From NCBI GenBank assembly GCA_965218585.1, contig CBDCLE010000003.1, forward strand, positions 286,125 through 350,124: a stretch of DNA of 64,000 nucleotides, written 5' to 3'. A program made the position numbers and the translations under genes. Each line of letters starts with the position of its first letter. The stretch's first letter is position 1. Positions 1 through 10,275 of the stretch are shown here, piece by piece. Under the pieces are notes generated by a model that worked only from the letters and a program-made list of their open reading frames with translations, was not told where the DNA came from and searched no databases. The stretch is from Terriglobia bacterium (GTDB lineage: Bacteria > Acidobacteriota > Terriglobia > 20CM-2-55-15).

Positions 1-780
1 TATCTGGGAATCCTGGAGCCGGAAACAGATGAGGATCTCAAGACGCAGATTGCTGCGCTCGAGCGTGCCGTTCGATTGATGCCACGGTCGGGACAGGCGC
101 GGGCGGAGCTGGGTTGGTTATATGCCCTGGATGAGAGACCCTCTGAGACAAGGACACTGATCGAGGAAGCGTTGGAACTGGAGCCTGAATTTGGAGATCG
201 TTTCTACCAGATACTCGCTGAGGTTCGAATGCGTCTTGGCGATTATGACGCTGCCCGAGAGTACATCCAGATAGCCGCCTCCCTTCCCCATTCTCCTCTC
301 TCGTCACGGGAACGTCCCGAGCGGCTTGCACCGGACTTCTATCGGGAGATCGAGTCGCGTCGCCGTGAAGAGGAAGCTGAACGTTTAGATGACCTGAGGA
401 CCGAGGTCGAGGCCCTGGTGGACCGGGTCGATCCGAGACCTGTTCCCGTTGCCCGGGCGCCCGCACCTGTCGGTCGGATCAGTTACTCGATAAGGTCTGG
501 TGCAGGCGAGGAGATAACGGCTCCCGAGATAAGGGAGGCACCGATGCCCGATTATACGATTGATCTGAGGCGTCGGGGTGTCGAGGGAAGGGTCGTTTTG
601 GAAGTTGATCTGGATCGCAGGGGAAGGATCTCGGATCTGCGTGTCCGGAGTTCTGAGGATCTCGCGCTGTCGGAGGCCGCTCTCGAGGCCGTCAGCACGT
701 GGCAGTTTGATCCCGCCAGGCGAGGTTTTGAGTCGACGACGTACTCGTTTCGGCTGACAATGACCTTCTATCTGGAATAG
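1..780 (+). CDS. TPR-repeat protein with C-terminal TonB domain (5' truncated by window)
   Basis: Frame open from base 1. TPR-like helices, then TonB_C pattern (GVEGRVVLEVDLDRRGRI...ALEAVSTWQFDPA). Confidence 0.75.
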   Translation, partial: YLGILEPETDEDLKTQIAALERAVRLMPRSGQARAELGWLYALDERPSETRTLIEEALELEPEFGDRFYQILAEVRMRLGDYDAAREYIQIAASLPHSPLSSRERPERLAPDFYREIESRRREEEAERLDDLRTEVEALVDRVDPRPVPVARAPAPVGRISYSIRSGAGEEITAPEIREAPMPDYTIDLRRRGVEGRVVLEVDLDRRGRISDLRVRSSEDLALSEAALEAVSTWQFDPARRGFESTTYSFRLTMTFYLE

Positions 781-823
781 AGACAGCTTCGCCTTCTTTT
801 TTTGTCGCTGAAGAGCTTATTGA

Positions 824-1630
824 ATGACCTTGCGAAACGTCTGGTTTTTTCTGATCCGGTTGAAGGCCAACCGCAACCTCTTACGCAATCTGGTCGTCCG
901 CGATCTGAAGCATCGCTATGTTGGCTCGGTTGGGGGATTCTTCTGGTCAGTGATCCATCCCATCGTACTTCTCATCTGTTATTACTTCGTCCTGACGGTG
1001 GTTATGGGCATGCGTCTGGGCGAGGAATACGCAACGCAGAACTACGCGCTCTATCTTTTCTGCGGGATATTGCCGTGGTTGATGTTTCAGGAAACAGTGT
1101 TACGGAACTGTACGTCGGTGACCGACAACGCCAGCCTGATCACAAAGACCATCATTCCTTCTGAAATCCTGCCGATGTCAGTCATGATTTCGAACCTGAT
1201 TCATCATCTGATTGGTCTCGCCATCTTGATAGGCGCGCTCCTGCTGTTCCACACAGTGGAGCTGTCCATCCTTTGGGTGTTTGCCTACATGCCGATTCTG
1301 ATCCTTCTCGCGCAGGGACTGGGTTGGCTCGTCTCGAGTCTTAACGTGTTCTTCCGGGATACCAGCCAGATATTGACCGTGACAATGATTTTCTGGTTTT
1401 GGTTTACACCGATTTTTTATCCTCCAGAACTCGTGCCTGAACGTTTCCAGTTGATCTTGGCTGTGAATCCGATGGCGACGCTCGTTAGCGGATACAGGAA
1501 TGCCTTTTTGCAGATGCAACCTCCTGGCCTGGATCACATCCTGATCCTTCTGGGCTGGACTGGGGTTATCTTTCTGGTGGGGGCCTTGTTCTTCCGCCAG
1601 TCCAAGGCGGCCTTCGCTGACGTGTTGTAG
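824..1630 (+). CDS. ABC-2 type polysaccharide export permease (Wzm/RfbD-like)
   Basis: RDLKHRYVGSVGGFFW, FFRD, TPIFYP and NPM motifs; about 6 TM segments. Confidence 0.9.
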   Translation: MTLRNVWFFLIRLKANRNLLRNLVVRDLKHRYVGSVGGFFWSVIHPIVLLICYYFVLTVVMGMRLGEEYATQNYALYLFCGILPWLMFQETVLRNCTSVTDNASLITKTIIPSEILPMSVMISNLIHHLIGLAILIGALLLFHTVELSILWVFAYMPILILLAQGLGWLVSSLNVFFRDTSQILTVTMIFWFWFTPIFYPPELVPERFQLILAVNPMATLVSGYRNAFLQMQPPGLDHILILLGWTGVIFLVGALFFRQSKAAFADVL

Positions 1631-2707
1631 CGGTTCGGGTTTCGGCGGCTCGGCTTTGCTTATGATCCGAACAGTAAACGTCGTATTTCGCGCAGTTTCG
1701 TGAAGACGACGAACGCCCGCGCAGCTTTGATGTCGGCCAATTCCTGAACGACCCTTTTGGCTTTGTTCAGATCCGCTTCGATCCTGCTGATATACAGGTT
1801 CTTTTCGCTGAGCGTTCTTTCAAGGGATTCGATGTAGGTGCTCGCTTCTTTATGCTCGCGATCGAGCTGCTCGCCGAAGAACCCGGCTTGATCCTTCCAC
1901 CATTGGTTTGATTCCTCCAGGCTGCGGGCCTGTGACTGTAACCATTCGACCGCCTTTTCTCCCGACTCGATCGCCGCTTCGAGATTCCCGACCTGGCTGT
2001 TCTTCCATGCCAGCGCCTCCGCCCTCTCTTCGGTGATTTTTCGGAGTTCCTCCCGAAGTTCATCGATGAGGGAACGGCCCTGGTTGATCAGTTCGTTGGA
2101 GCAGTCGATGAGAACGCTGCTCTGGATCCGGAGCCCCTCGTTCGCATCACTGGTCAAGGCCATGTAATAGGAGGGCCGCTTGCGGTCTGTCCCAGCCATG
2201 CGGAACTGTGAATCCGACTTCTCTATCAACAGTTCGCTCGGATTGTCACCCGTGCCTTCAACTGGCCAGATACTAGAGCTGGGGTAAACGCGCTGGCCCA
2301 GAAACTGGGTTTCTCTGAAGGTGGATTCGAGCAGTTTTCGGAATTCTTCGAAGCTGAACGCTTCATCGTAGGGCGCATCGTCGTCTGAGTCTCGGGTCGA
2401 TACGATGAGCAGTCCGTCCGGTTTCAACAGTCGTTTGACTTCCCGAATCAGGCCACCCCGGTTGTCCACGTGCCCGAGCGTTTCAAGGCAGACGACGACG
2501 TCAAACAATTCTATGAACGGGATTTGGACTCCTGATCCCGCCACAAAGTGGAGGTTGCTGGAGTCATATTTTTTCTGAGCGTCGGCTGCCACCGTGGGAT
2601 CCAGTTCGAGTCCGACGACCATGCCAGCTTTCCGAGCCAGCAGCGAAGTTCCGTAGCCTTCGCCGCTGCCCAGATCGAGAACACGCATCCCTTTCACAAA
2701 CTGACTA

Positions 2708-3521
2708 GGACGTGTTAACACTAACGTAGTGCCTCGACGATGAGTGCGAAGTGAAGGAAGGCGAGGAACATGACGTCGAGTTTATCGAAACGGGAGAAGA
2801 TACGCCGAAAACCCTTGAGTCGGCGGAAGAGCCTCTCGACTTCGTTCCTGCGGCGGTAGAGCACGCGGTCGTATTCCCACGGCTCCAGGCGGTTGCGCTT
2901 GGGCGGCACGACGGGAATCCACCCAAAATCCAGAGCCAATTGGCGGGTCTGGTCGTCCTGGTAGGCACGGTCCATCAGCAGCGGCAGCGGCGCGGGCAAC
3001 GGCCCCAGGCCGGCGAGCAGATCGCGGCCCTGCGGGGCGTCGTGCGCTTGGCCGGGCGAGAGCGCAAACGTTATCGCCGTTCGAGCATTCGCGGCAACCA
3101 GATGAATCTTGGTGGTCCATCCACCGCGGGATTTGCCGATCGCTTGCGGACCGTTTTTTTTAACGCTCCCGTGCCGTCGGGATGCACCTTCACAATGGTC
3201 GAGTCCATCGAAACGGCTTCCACCCGGATGCGCACCAGTTGCTCGCGCTGGAGTTTTTCGAAGACGGCGTCGAGCACCCCGTTCTTGGACCAGCGGTTCA
3301 TCCGGGTGTAGATGGTGTGCCAGTTGCCAAAGCGCTTGGGCAGACCGCGCCACTTGCAGCCCTGCTCAGCCACATACAAAATGGCGTTCAAGACCGTCAG
3401 GTTCGAAAGACTGACGTTGCCCCGCTGACGCGGCAGTTCCGGCTCGATGCGACAATACTGCTCCTGTGTGATCTCCATGCCTGATTATAAAACATTCATG
3501 CTCATTAGTGTTAACACGCTC
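2708..3521 (-). mobile_element. IS5 family (IS427-like group) insertion sequence
   Basis: Terminal IRs ggacgtgttaacactaa / ttagtgttaacacgctc. TA duplicated within a CTAG target. Encodes a two-frame transposase. Confidence 0.93.
2721..3478 (-). CDS. IS5-family transposase, orfA/orfB joined by -1 frameshift
   Basis: orfA 3478-3071 (GCKWRGLPKRFGNWHTIYTR). orfB has GKSRGGWTTKIH, DRAY and YRRRNEVERLF. A8 slippery run at 3154-3161. Confidence 0.9.
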
Positions 3522-3630
3522 TAGCGTACGCGTAACGGTGAAGACGTTCGTAAGCAGCCATCGCGTCTTCAGTCGATGGTGAAAAGCGGTTGTCACTGCG
3601 TTCGGCCATGACGTGTCCCGTCTTTCGAGG

Positions 3631-6060
3631 TTATCGGGCGGCGAGTGGTTTCGCGGGTTGTACGATGTCCGTCGCCCGCGCGCCATCAGCGAAAATCGAG
3701 TTGAGTTTTTCGTCGAATCGTTCGGGTGAACAATCAATTTCCACCTGCCGAAGCGCTGCGAGCCTGATCGATTCCCAGAGCGAGGCGTTTCGATACAGCT
3801 CAATCAAACGCACTGCAAATTCCTCAGCTTCATCTGCAACGCTCAGTTGGACACGGTCTTCCCAACCAAGCTGGGCGGCCAATAACCCTGTTGCTATTAC
3901 GGGAAGTCCGTGAGCGGCGGCTTCATGTACTTTGTGAGGTATCCCCGCTCCGAATCGAGTCGGAGCGACGAATACGCGGTGTCTGGCATACAGGGCTGTC
4001 AGGTCGTCGACGGCGCCAACGATGTTCACTCCCTCGAATGCGCGGGCTCTTATCCGGGATGATCTGTTGACGCCTGCGATCGTGAACGGTATGTCCGAGC
4101 CGAGAGCTTCACGTACACTCGGCAAGACCTTGTCCAGGAACCACAAGAGGGAGTCGCCGTTCGGGCTTGTTTCCTCATAGACTGCCCCGACGAACAACAG
4201 TCCTTTCCGCTCTTCGAACCCCGCCCCAGAGGGTGTCGGGTGCAAGGTGTGTCCCAGGATCTCGACGCGTTCGATTCCGTGCTGGGTGAAAACCTTGCCC
4301 TCGCGTTCTGAAACAGTGATCACGACGTCGGCCGGCGCTGCCAGTTGGACTTCGTCCTGAATGATTCTTTCCCGATCTTCCGGCTTTATGACCTCGCCCG
4401 AAATCTCTCGACCGCCGAGTTCCCGGATACTGAACAGCGCCTCAGCGTCATACACGATCGAGACACCGTCGAACAGATCCGGATGATTTTGAATGATCAC
4501 ACCGAGATATTTCATGTTGTGTGGACGGCTGACGAGAATCGCATCGTAGTATCCGCGCCGTGCCTCAAGCAACGACTCGAGTCGACCCGGTCCCGTGTCT
4601 GACATAACCTCCACTTCCCCTGGGATGTGCCGGTAAATTTCCTCCCACCGTTTGTTTGAATCCGTAGGGAAGAACGTCACGGCATGCCCCTGTTTCACGA
4701 TCGCTCTGAGAATGCCACCCGAACGCGGAAACCCGGGTCCTGTAGCCGAGTAGGGGATCTGGTCGTCGACAAACAGCGTCTTTTTCTGCTTGCGCTGGGA
4801 GGCGAAGCGGGCTTCGAGAGTCACGCTCGTGTCGGGCGCGAAATGTTGTTTGAGGTTTTCCTTATGTGCTCGAACAAAAATCTCCTGGTGTACCCGATGG
4901 AGATCTGTGGCGTCGGTCATGGATTTCGAACTGGCGAATTCGTGGTGCAAAATCACAGCCGATGGCTCGTAGATAACCCGCAGATCTGCTTCCCACAGTC
5001 GCATGCAATAGTCAGTTTCCTCGTAATAGGCGGGTTCATATCGAGTGTCGAACCCCTCCATACGGTCGAAAATCGCTTTCGGCGTCAGAAGAAAAGCTCC
5101 CGAACAGTAGTCGACTTCCCTTCGAAACATAGTGACAGGATCCAAGGGGTCGAGACCGCGTCCGTATCCCAGGCAGGAACCGTCATTCCAGATGATGCTT
5201 CCGGCCTCCTGGAGGTGTCCGTCCGGCAAGATCAACTTCCCCCCGACTGCGCCGATATCGGACGCGCTCTCGAGGGCGTTTAGTGCCGCAAGAAGGGTCC
5301 CCGGCAGTAATTCGGTGTCGTTGTTCAGGATGAGAAGGTGCTTTCCCCGCGCCGCCTTCGCCGCTTGGTTGATACCGCGCAAGAAATGGATGTTTTCAGT
5401 ATTTTCGAGGATCGTAGCACCCTGCACTCGTGACAGGAGCCTGGATGTCGAATCGGTGGACGCATTGTCCACAATCACGACTTCGCAGGAAGGATCCTTT
5501 TCTGCCAGAAGCGAGCGCAGGCACGCTAACGTGAGTTCTACCCGGTTGAAGAGAACAAGAAGAACAGAGATTCGTGGACGATCCGGTTCGGTGAAAGACA
5601 GGGCGGCTCCGGAAGAGAGAAACGTTTCCAGTTGAACCTCGGCCCAATCTGTGAGCAGGTCCTTGGGGATTTGGTCGAGGGTCCTGTAGATCTCGTCCTC
5701 CGCCCGAACCACATCCGGAGGAGGAGAGAATACGGACTTATCAATCACGTGTTTCTTGTCAAGCGAATCCCACCTTCCCCCCAGGTCCCGCCGAAACCAG
5801 GAAGCGAGGCGCCGGAGGAATTCCGTGATTCTCCAGGAACGGGACCGCAGGACCCCTATGAGCTTGGACTCCGCCTTCTCACGACGTCCGTGCTCGTAAG
5901 TGACCTGGTTCTGTAACCCTGCCCTGTCTCTACGGTATCCCTCGGCCAAGGATGCGGTCTGCTCGCGCAGGCGCTCAATCGATGGAAACTCTTTCCTCAC
6001 CCGTATCCTTAGTTTGAACCGGTTGTCACAGAATAGGACTTCTCCATGTTCCAACCCCAC
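3631..6060 (-). CDS. Multidomain glycosyltransferase (GT2 + GT4-like)
   Basis: VVIVDNASTD, LNND and YYEETD GT2 motifs. C-terminal GT-B part (FVAPTRFGAGIPHKVHEAAAHGLPV). N-terminal SRSWRIT motif. Start uncertain. Confidence 0.9.
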   Translation of the reverse strand: MGLEHGEVLFCDNRFKLRIRVRKEFPSIERLREQTASLAEGYRRDRAGLQNQVTYEHGRREKAESKLIGVLRSRSWRITEFLRRLASWFRRDLGGRWDSLDKKHVIDKSVFSPPPDVVRAEDEIYRTLDQIPKDLLTDWAEVQLETFLSSGAALSFTEPDRPRISVLLVLFNRVELTLACLRSLLAEKDPSCEVVIVDNASTDSTSRLLSRVQGATILENTENIHFLRGINQAAKAARGKHLLILNNDTELLPGTLLAALNALESASDIGAVGGKLILPDGHLQEAGSIIWNDGSCLGYGRGLDPLDPVTMFRREVDYCSGAFLLTPKAIFDRMEGFDTRYEPAYYEETDYCMRLWEADLRVIYEPSAVILHHEFASSKSMTDATDLHRVHQEIFVRAHKENLKQHFAPDTSVTLEARFASQRKQKKTLFVDDQIPYSATGPGFPRSGGILRAIVKQGHAVTFFPTDSNKRWEEIYRHIPGEVEVMSDTGPGRLESLLEARRGYYDAILVSRPHNMKYLGVIIQNHPDLFDGVSIVYDAEALFSIRELGGREISGEVIKPEDRERIIQDEVQLAAPADVVITVSEREGKVFTQHGIERVEILGHTLHPTPSGAGFEERKGLLFVGAVYEETSPNGDSLLWFLDKVLPSVREALGSDIPFTIAGVNRSSRIRARAFEGVNIVGAVDDLTALYARHRVFVAPTRFGAGIPHKVHEAAAHGLPVIATGLLAAQLGWEDRVQLSVADEAEEFAVRLIELYRNASLWESIRLAALRQVEIDCSPERFDEKLNSIFADGARATDIVQPAKPLAAR

Positions 6061-6217
6061 CTACCCCATAGGGCGGGTTTTCAAATCGGTGTTTGTGAAT
6101 AATTCCCCGCCCAGCAAAATCCCACGCGGTATATCCTTTAACGGCAATGATAATAACAGATTGTGGCGTTACAGGGTTGTGCCGCAAGCTGTCGGGTGCA
6201 CGGAATAAGGAGATCTC

Positions 6218-7102
6218 TTGACGGGAACAGGTGATGAAATCTGGCGGGCCTTCGCGAAGGTCAACCTGGAACTGCGAGTCCTTGGTGAGCGCTCCGACGG
6301 GTATCACGAGATTCGCACACTGTTACAGACAATCGACCTGCACGACGAAATTCGGGTCTCGCCCGCCGAAACGTTTGAATTTACTGCAACCGAAGGTCCG
6401 GCAGACGCTTCAAATCTAGTTGTTCAGGCAGTTCGTGCCTTTGAAGAAGAGAGTTCCGTCAGGGTTGGGCTTCGAATCGAACTGATCAAGCAGATTCCCT
6501 CGGGTGCGGGCCTGGGTGGAGGCAGCGCTGACGCGGCCACAACGCTGCTGGGACTGGATCGGAGGTTCGGGACCCGGATCGCAGGTGAAAGACTCTTGGG
6601 TATTCTGAGAGCTCTGGGATCGGACGTTCCGTTCTTCTCGGTGGGTGGCCGGGCGCTCGGTGTAGGTCGGGGTGAAACGCTGTTCCCCTTGAGCGACGAA
6701 GCCGACTACTGGCTGGTTCTAGTGAACCCTGGTCTTACGATCCAAACGGCAGAAGCGTATTCCTGGTTGACCGAGTCCGTTAGGTTCAATAACATGCTAA
6801 GTTTCTGTGCTCGTTTTGTGTCGCCACTGAGGGGCACTGAACTGGAGCCCGAAACCGGGCCCAATGACTTCGAGAAGCCGCTTTTTCACCGATTTCCTGA
6901 ACTCGCTGAGATAAAACGGAAGCTCTCGGACTGTGGGGCTCGCTTCGCTTCGTTAACAGGTAGCGGGGCGGCTCTGTTCGGGCAATTCACCCAGGAGTCG
7001 GATGCGAGTGAAGCCGTTTCGGCTCTAGGGCCCGAACTCGACGTGACCTTGACGCGGCCCGTAAAACGATCGGACTACTTCACGAAGATGTTCGGGAATT
7101 AG
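6218..7102 (+). CDS. ispE: 4-diphosphocytidyl-2-C-methyl-D-erythritol kinase
   Basis: AKVNLELRV, IPSGAGLGGGSADAA, GSDVPFF, LTGSG. Confidence 0.95.
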   Translation: MTGTGDEIWRAFAKVNLELRVLGERSDGYHEIRTLLQTIDLHDEIRVSPAETFEFTATEGPADASNLVVQAVRAFEEESSVRVGLRIELIKQIPSGAGLGGGSADAATTLLGLDRRFGTRIAGERLLGILRALGSDVPFFSVGGRALGVGRGETLFPLSDEADYWLVLVNPGLTIQTAEAYSWLTESVRFNNMLSFCARFVSPLRGTELEPETGPNDFEKPLFHRFPELAEIKRKLSDCGARFASLTGSGAALFGQFTQESDASEAVSALGPELDVTLTRPVKRSDYFTKMFGN

Positions 7103-7113
7103 GCGGATGGCGA

Positions 7114-7185
7114 TGGGGCGTGGCCAAGTGGTAAGGCACAGGTCTTTGGCACCTGCATTCGGAGGTTCGAATCCTCCCGCCCCAG
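7114..7185 (+). tRNA. tRNA-Gln (TTG)
   Basis: Cloverleaf with anticodon arm caggt-ctttggc-acctg and GGTTCGAATCC T-arm; typical ispE-tRNAGln-prs position. Confidence 0.97.
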
Positions 7186-7216
7186 TTCTGCAGACAGACG
7201 GGCTAATCTAGGAATC

Positions 7217-8155
7217 ATGAACAACGAACTGAAGGTATTCGCGGGATCTGCAAACACAGAACTGGCTGCTGAGATCTGCCAGCACTTGGGTTGCAAGCTC
7301 GGAGAATGTTCCACGACGCGGTTTGCCGATGGAGAACTCTACTTTCAGATCCTGGAAAACGTTCGGGGTGCCGACGTTTTTGTGGTGCAACCGACCTGCC
7401 CCCCGGTCAACGACAACCTGGTGGAACTCATGCTGATGATTGATGCATTCCGTCGGTCGTCGGCGAGACGTATCACGGCTGTCCTGCCTTATTTCGGATA
7501 TGCGCGGCAGGATCGAAAGGACAAGCCCCGTGTCCCCATCTCCGCTAAAGTCGTTTCCGATGTGTTGGCGCTGAATTCAGACCGATTGCTGACGATGGAT
7601 CTGCACGCAGCGCAGATCCAGGGCTTCTTCAATATTCCCGTCGATCACCTTTTTGCCGCCCCTGTGTTGGTGGAGTTTTTCCAGAAGGCGAGCCTTCCCG
7701 AGCTGACCGTCGTTTCTCCGGATGCGGGAGGAGTCGAGCGTGCGCGGGCGTTTGCGAAACGCCTGGAGGGCGAGTTGGCGATCATCGACAAGCGCCGCAC
7801 TTCTGCCAACGTTGCTGAAGTGATGAATGTTGTCGGCGATGTCAAGGGCCGCTCGGCGTTGATTGTAGATGACATGGTGGACACGGCCGGTACGCTCGTC
7901 AACACCGTCGAAGCGTTGAGGGATGCCGGAGCACGCGAGGTTTACGCGTGTGCGACGCATGGCGTGTTGTCCGGACCGGCTGTGGGGAGAATTAACGATT
8001 CCTCATTGGAGGAAATCGTAGTTGCAAATACTGTGCCGTTGAACACGCCGGCCCGAGAGTCTGGCCGGGTCCGCGTTCTCAGTGTTGCCAAGCTGTTGGC
8101 GCAGGCGATAGTGTCTATTCACGATGAGACTTCGGTCAGTGTTCTGTTCATATAG
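7217..8155 (+). CDS. prs: Ribose-phosphate pyrophosphokinase
   Basis: YFGYARQDRK, DLHAAQIQGFF, VDDMVDTAGT. Confidence 0.98.
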   Translation: MNNELKVFAGSANTELAAEICQHLGCKLGECSTTRFADGELYFQILENVRGADVFVVQPTCPPVNDNLVELMLMIDAFRRSSARRITAVLPYFGYARQDRKDKPRVPISAKVVSDVLALNSDRLLTMDLHAAQIQGFFNIPVDHLFAAPVLVEFFQKASLPELTVVSPDAGGVERARAFAKRLEGELAIIDKRRTSANVAEVMNVVGDVKGRSALIVDDMVDTAGTLVNTVEALRDAGAREVYACATHGVLSGPAVGRINDSSLEEIVVANTVPLNTPARESGRVRVLSVAKLLAQAIVSIHDETSVSVLFI

Positions 8156-8182
8156 CGGCGAACAGTTTAAGGAAGATAAAAA

Positions 8183-8866
8183 ATGGCAGAAATGAAGGTA
8201 GAAGCGAAAGCCCGGTCCGAGTTCGGCAGCGGTGCTTCGAAACGAATTCGACGGAGTGGCCTGGTTCCGGCGATCGTATACGGAGGTTCGGGGGAGACTG
8301 TGACGTTTGCGATCGATCCGAAGGAAATATTTCGGCTTCTGAAATCAGAGGCGGGCCGCAACACGATCCTGAACCTGAAGATCGAAGGCGGCGGGGCCGA
8401 TGACGTCATCCTGAAGGACTGGCAGGTGGATCCGGTGAACGAGTCAATATTGCATGCTGATTTTCAGCGGATCGCCATGGATCAGACGCTGAAGGTGACG
8501 GTTCCCATCTCGATACGGGGTGAAGCCATAGGTATAAAAACAGAAGGTGGCCTGCTCGACGTCGTTGTCCGAGAGATCGAAGTAGAGTGCTTGCCTGCCG
8601 ACATTCCGGATCTTATCGAATGTGACGTATCCGAACTCCAAATGCACGAGAGTCTTCGGGTCCGGAACCTTCCAAGCCTGGATCGTGTGGAAGTCCTTGA
8701 AGATGCCGATCGCGTCGTTGTCCACGTTGTTCCGTTGCGTGCAGAAGAGGAAGAAGTGGTACCGGAGGAAGGCGAGGAACTGGAAGGTGCAGTCGCCGAG
8801 GGAGAAGAAGGGGAGCCCGAAGTTATGGCCAAGGGGAAGAAGGAAGAAGCGGAAGGCGAGCAGTGA
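8183..8866 (+). CDS. rplY: 50S ribosomal protein L25/Ctc
   Basis: RRSGLVPAIVYG and HADF motifs; long Ctc form with acidic tail. Confidence 0.96.
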   Translation: MAEMKVEAKARSEFGSGASKRIRRSGLVPAIVYGGSGETVTFAIDPKEIFRLLKSEAGRNTILNLKIEGGGADDVILKDWQVDPVNESILHADFQRIAMDQTLKVTVPISIRGEAIGIKTEGGLLDVVVREIEVECLPADIPDLIECDVSELQMHESLRVRNLPSLDRVEVLEDADRVVVHVVPLRAEEEEVVPEEGEELEGAVAEGEEGEPEVMAKGKKEEAEGEQ

Positions 8867-8902
8867 CCCGACAACAGACGACCTCTTCTTGTCGACTAAG
8901 TC

Positions 8903-9508
8903 GTGCCTGATGAAGCAGAAAACGATGCACCGTGGTTGATTCTCGGACTCGGGAATCCAGGTTCCGAATACGAGGAGACTTATCACAACGTTGGTTTCCG
9001 CGTGATCGAAATTCTAGCCCGTCGCCGGGGCGTATCGGTGAACTTACGGATGGGAGAATGCCGGATTGCGCGGCTCAGAGACGGGGTTGAAACGGTTCTT
9101 GTGCAGCCGAGAACGTACATGAATCGGAGTGGTGGAGTGCTAGGGAGATTGCTTGAAAGATTCGGTCCCGATTCCCGTTTGATGGTGATTTCCGACGACC
9201 TGGCATTGCCTGTCGGAAAGATACGAATCCGCGAAAGGGGTTCAGCCGGCGGCCATAATGGACTAAAATCGATAAGTTCGGCTTACGGCTCGGGCGAGTA
9301 CATGCGGGTACGAGTTGGAATAATGCCGGATCGTGGTGTTGAAGACGGTAACGAGTTTGTACTGTCGGAGGTTCGAAAGACCGACCGGGAAACCCTCCGA
9401 CGTGCCGAATCATTGGCCGCCGATGCCGTAGAGCACATTTTGAAATCGGGGCCGCGTTCCGCGATGGCGGAATACAACGGAATGGATTTGAACGAAGAGG
9501 AATCCTGA
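8903..9508 (+). CDS. pth: Peptidyl-tRNA hydrolase
   Basis: LGLGNPG, HNVGF, TYMNRSG, GGHNGLKS. Confidence 0.96.
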   Translation: MPDEAENDAPWLILGLGNPGSEYEETYHNVGFRVIEILARRRGVSVNLRMGECRIARLRDGVETVLVQPRTYMNRSGGVLGRLLERFGPDSRLMVISDDLALPVGKIRIRERGSAGGHNGLKSISSAYGSGEYMRVRVGIMPDRGVEDGNEFVLSEVRKTDRETLRRAESLAADAVEHILKSGPRSAMAEYNGMDLNEEES

Positions 9509-9558
9509 TCTCCTCGGGCGATCGGTTCGCAGCCTGCTCTTTGTTGGAGTAAACATAA

Positions 9559-9954
9559 TTGATTAGAAATTACGAAATAATGTTCATCGTCGATCCGAAC
9601 ATGCCGGAAGACGAGATCGACCAGCTGAACTCCCAGGTGGAAACCTTGGTGACTGATGGCGGAGGCAAGGTCGAAAGCATTGAAAAATTGGGTCGAAGAA
9701 AACTGGCATACGAGATCCAGCGTCAGACTGATGGATTCTACGTTCTGTTTAACGTCGCGGCCGATGGAGATATCGTAAAAGAAGTAGAGCGACGCTTTCG
9801 TGTTATGGATTCGGTTCTGCGATACCTTACCGTGAGGATTGACGAAGCTGAAAAGAAGCTGGAGAAAATGCGCGCGATCCGGCAAAAGAAGGACGCACGG
9901 CGGAGTTCAAAATCGGCAGCTTCCGCAGAACAATCTGCAGTCGAAGGGTCATGA
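9559..9954 (+). CDS. rpsF: 30S ribosomal protein S6
   Basis: YEIMFIVDP and GRRKLAYEI; TTG start. Confidence 0.96.
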   Translation: MIRNYEIMFIVDPNMPEDEIDQLNSQVETLVTDGGGKVESIEKLGRRKLAYEIQRQTDGFYVLFNVAADGDIVKEVERRFRVMDSVLRYLTVRIDEAEKKLEKMRAIRQKKDARRSSKSAASAEQSAVEGS

Positions 9955-10002
9955 GTTAGCCTGTAGCCGGTTTTCCAGCAGGTCGCCAGAAGGAGAGTTG
10001 GA

Positions 10003-10230
10003 GTGGCACAAAAGCAGTTCTATCGACGACGGAAAGTCTGTAAGTTTTGCGTCGAAAAGATTGATTCGATTAATTACAAGGACGCGAAGCTCCTTTCCCA
10101 GTTCGTTCCCGAGCGTGCAAAAATATTGCCACGAAGGATTTCAGGCGTTTGTTCGCCGCATCAACGGCAATTGAGAGACGCGATCAAGAAGGCACGCAGC
10201 ATAGCGCTTTTACCCTACACGACGGACTAG
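10003..10230 (+). CDS. rpsR: 30S ribosomal protein S18
   Basis: [24 protein letters not shown]. Confidence 0.97.
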   Translation: MAQKQFYRRRKVCKFCVEKIDSINYKDAKLLSQFVPERAKILPRRISGVCSPHQRQLRDAIKKARSIALLPYTTD

Positions 10231-10275
10231 CAGAGCAAGTTCCTTACTACCGATTTCAGTTAAGAGGATCCAAGA

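Larger units (their letters stand above)
1660..3609 (-). pseudogene. Class I SAM methyltransferase with C-terminal coiled coil, interrupted by IS5-family element
   Basis: Removing 2708-3521 and one TA restores an in-frame ORF from ATG 3609: MAERSDNRF...YERLHRYAYASQFVKGMRVLDLGSGEGYG. Long heptad-rich C-terminus. Confidence 0.88.

Noticed and set aside
6026-6307. Separate upstream ORF or frameshifted N-terminus of the glycosyltransferase
   Set aside because: It overlaps ispE antisense and has no protein-like features.
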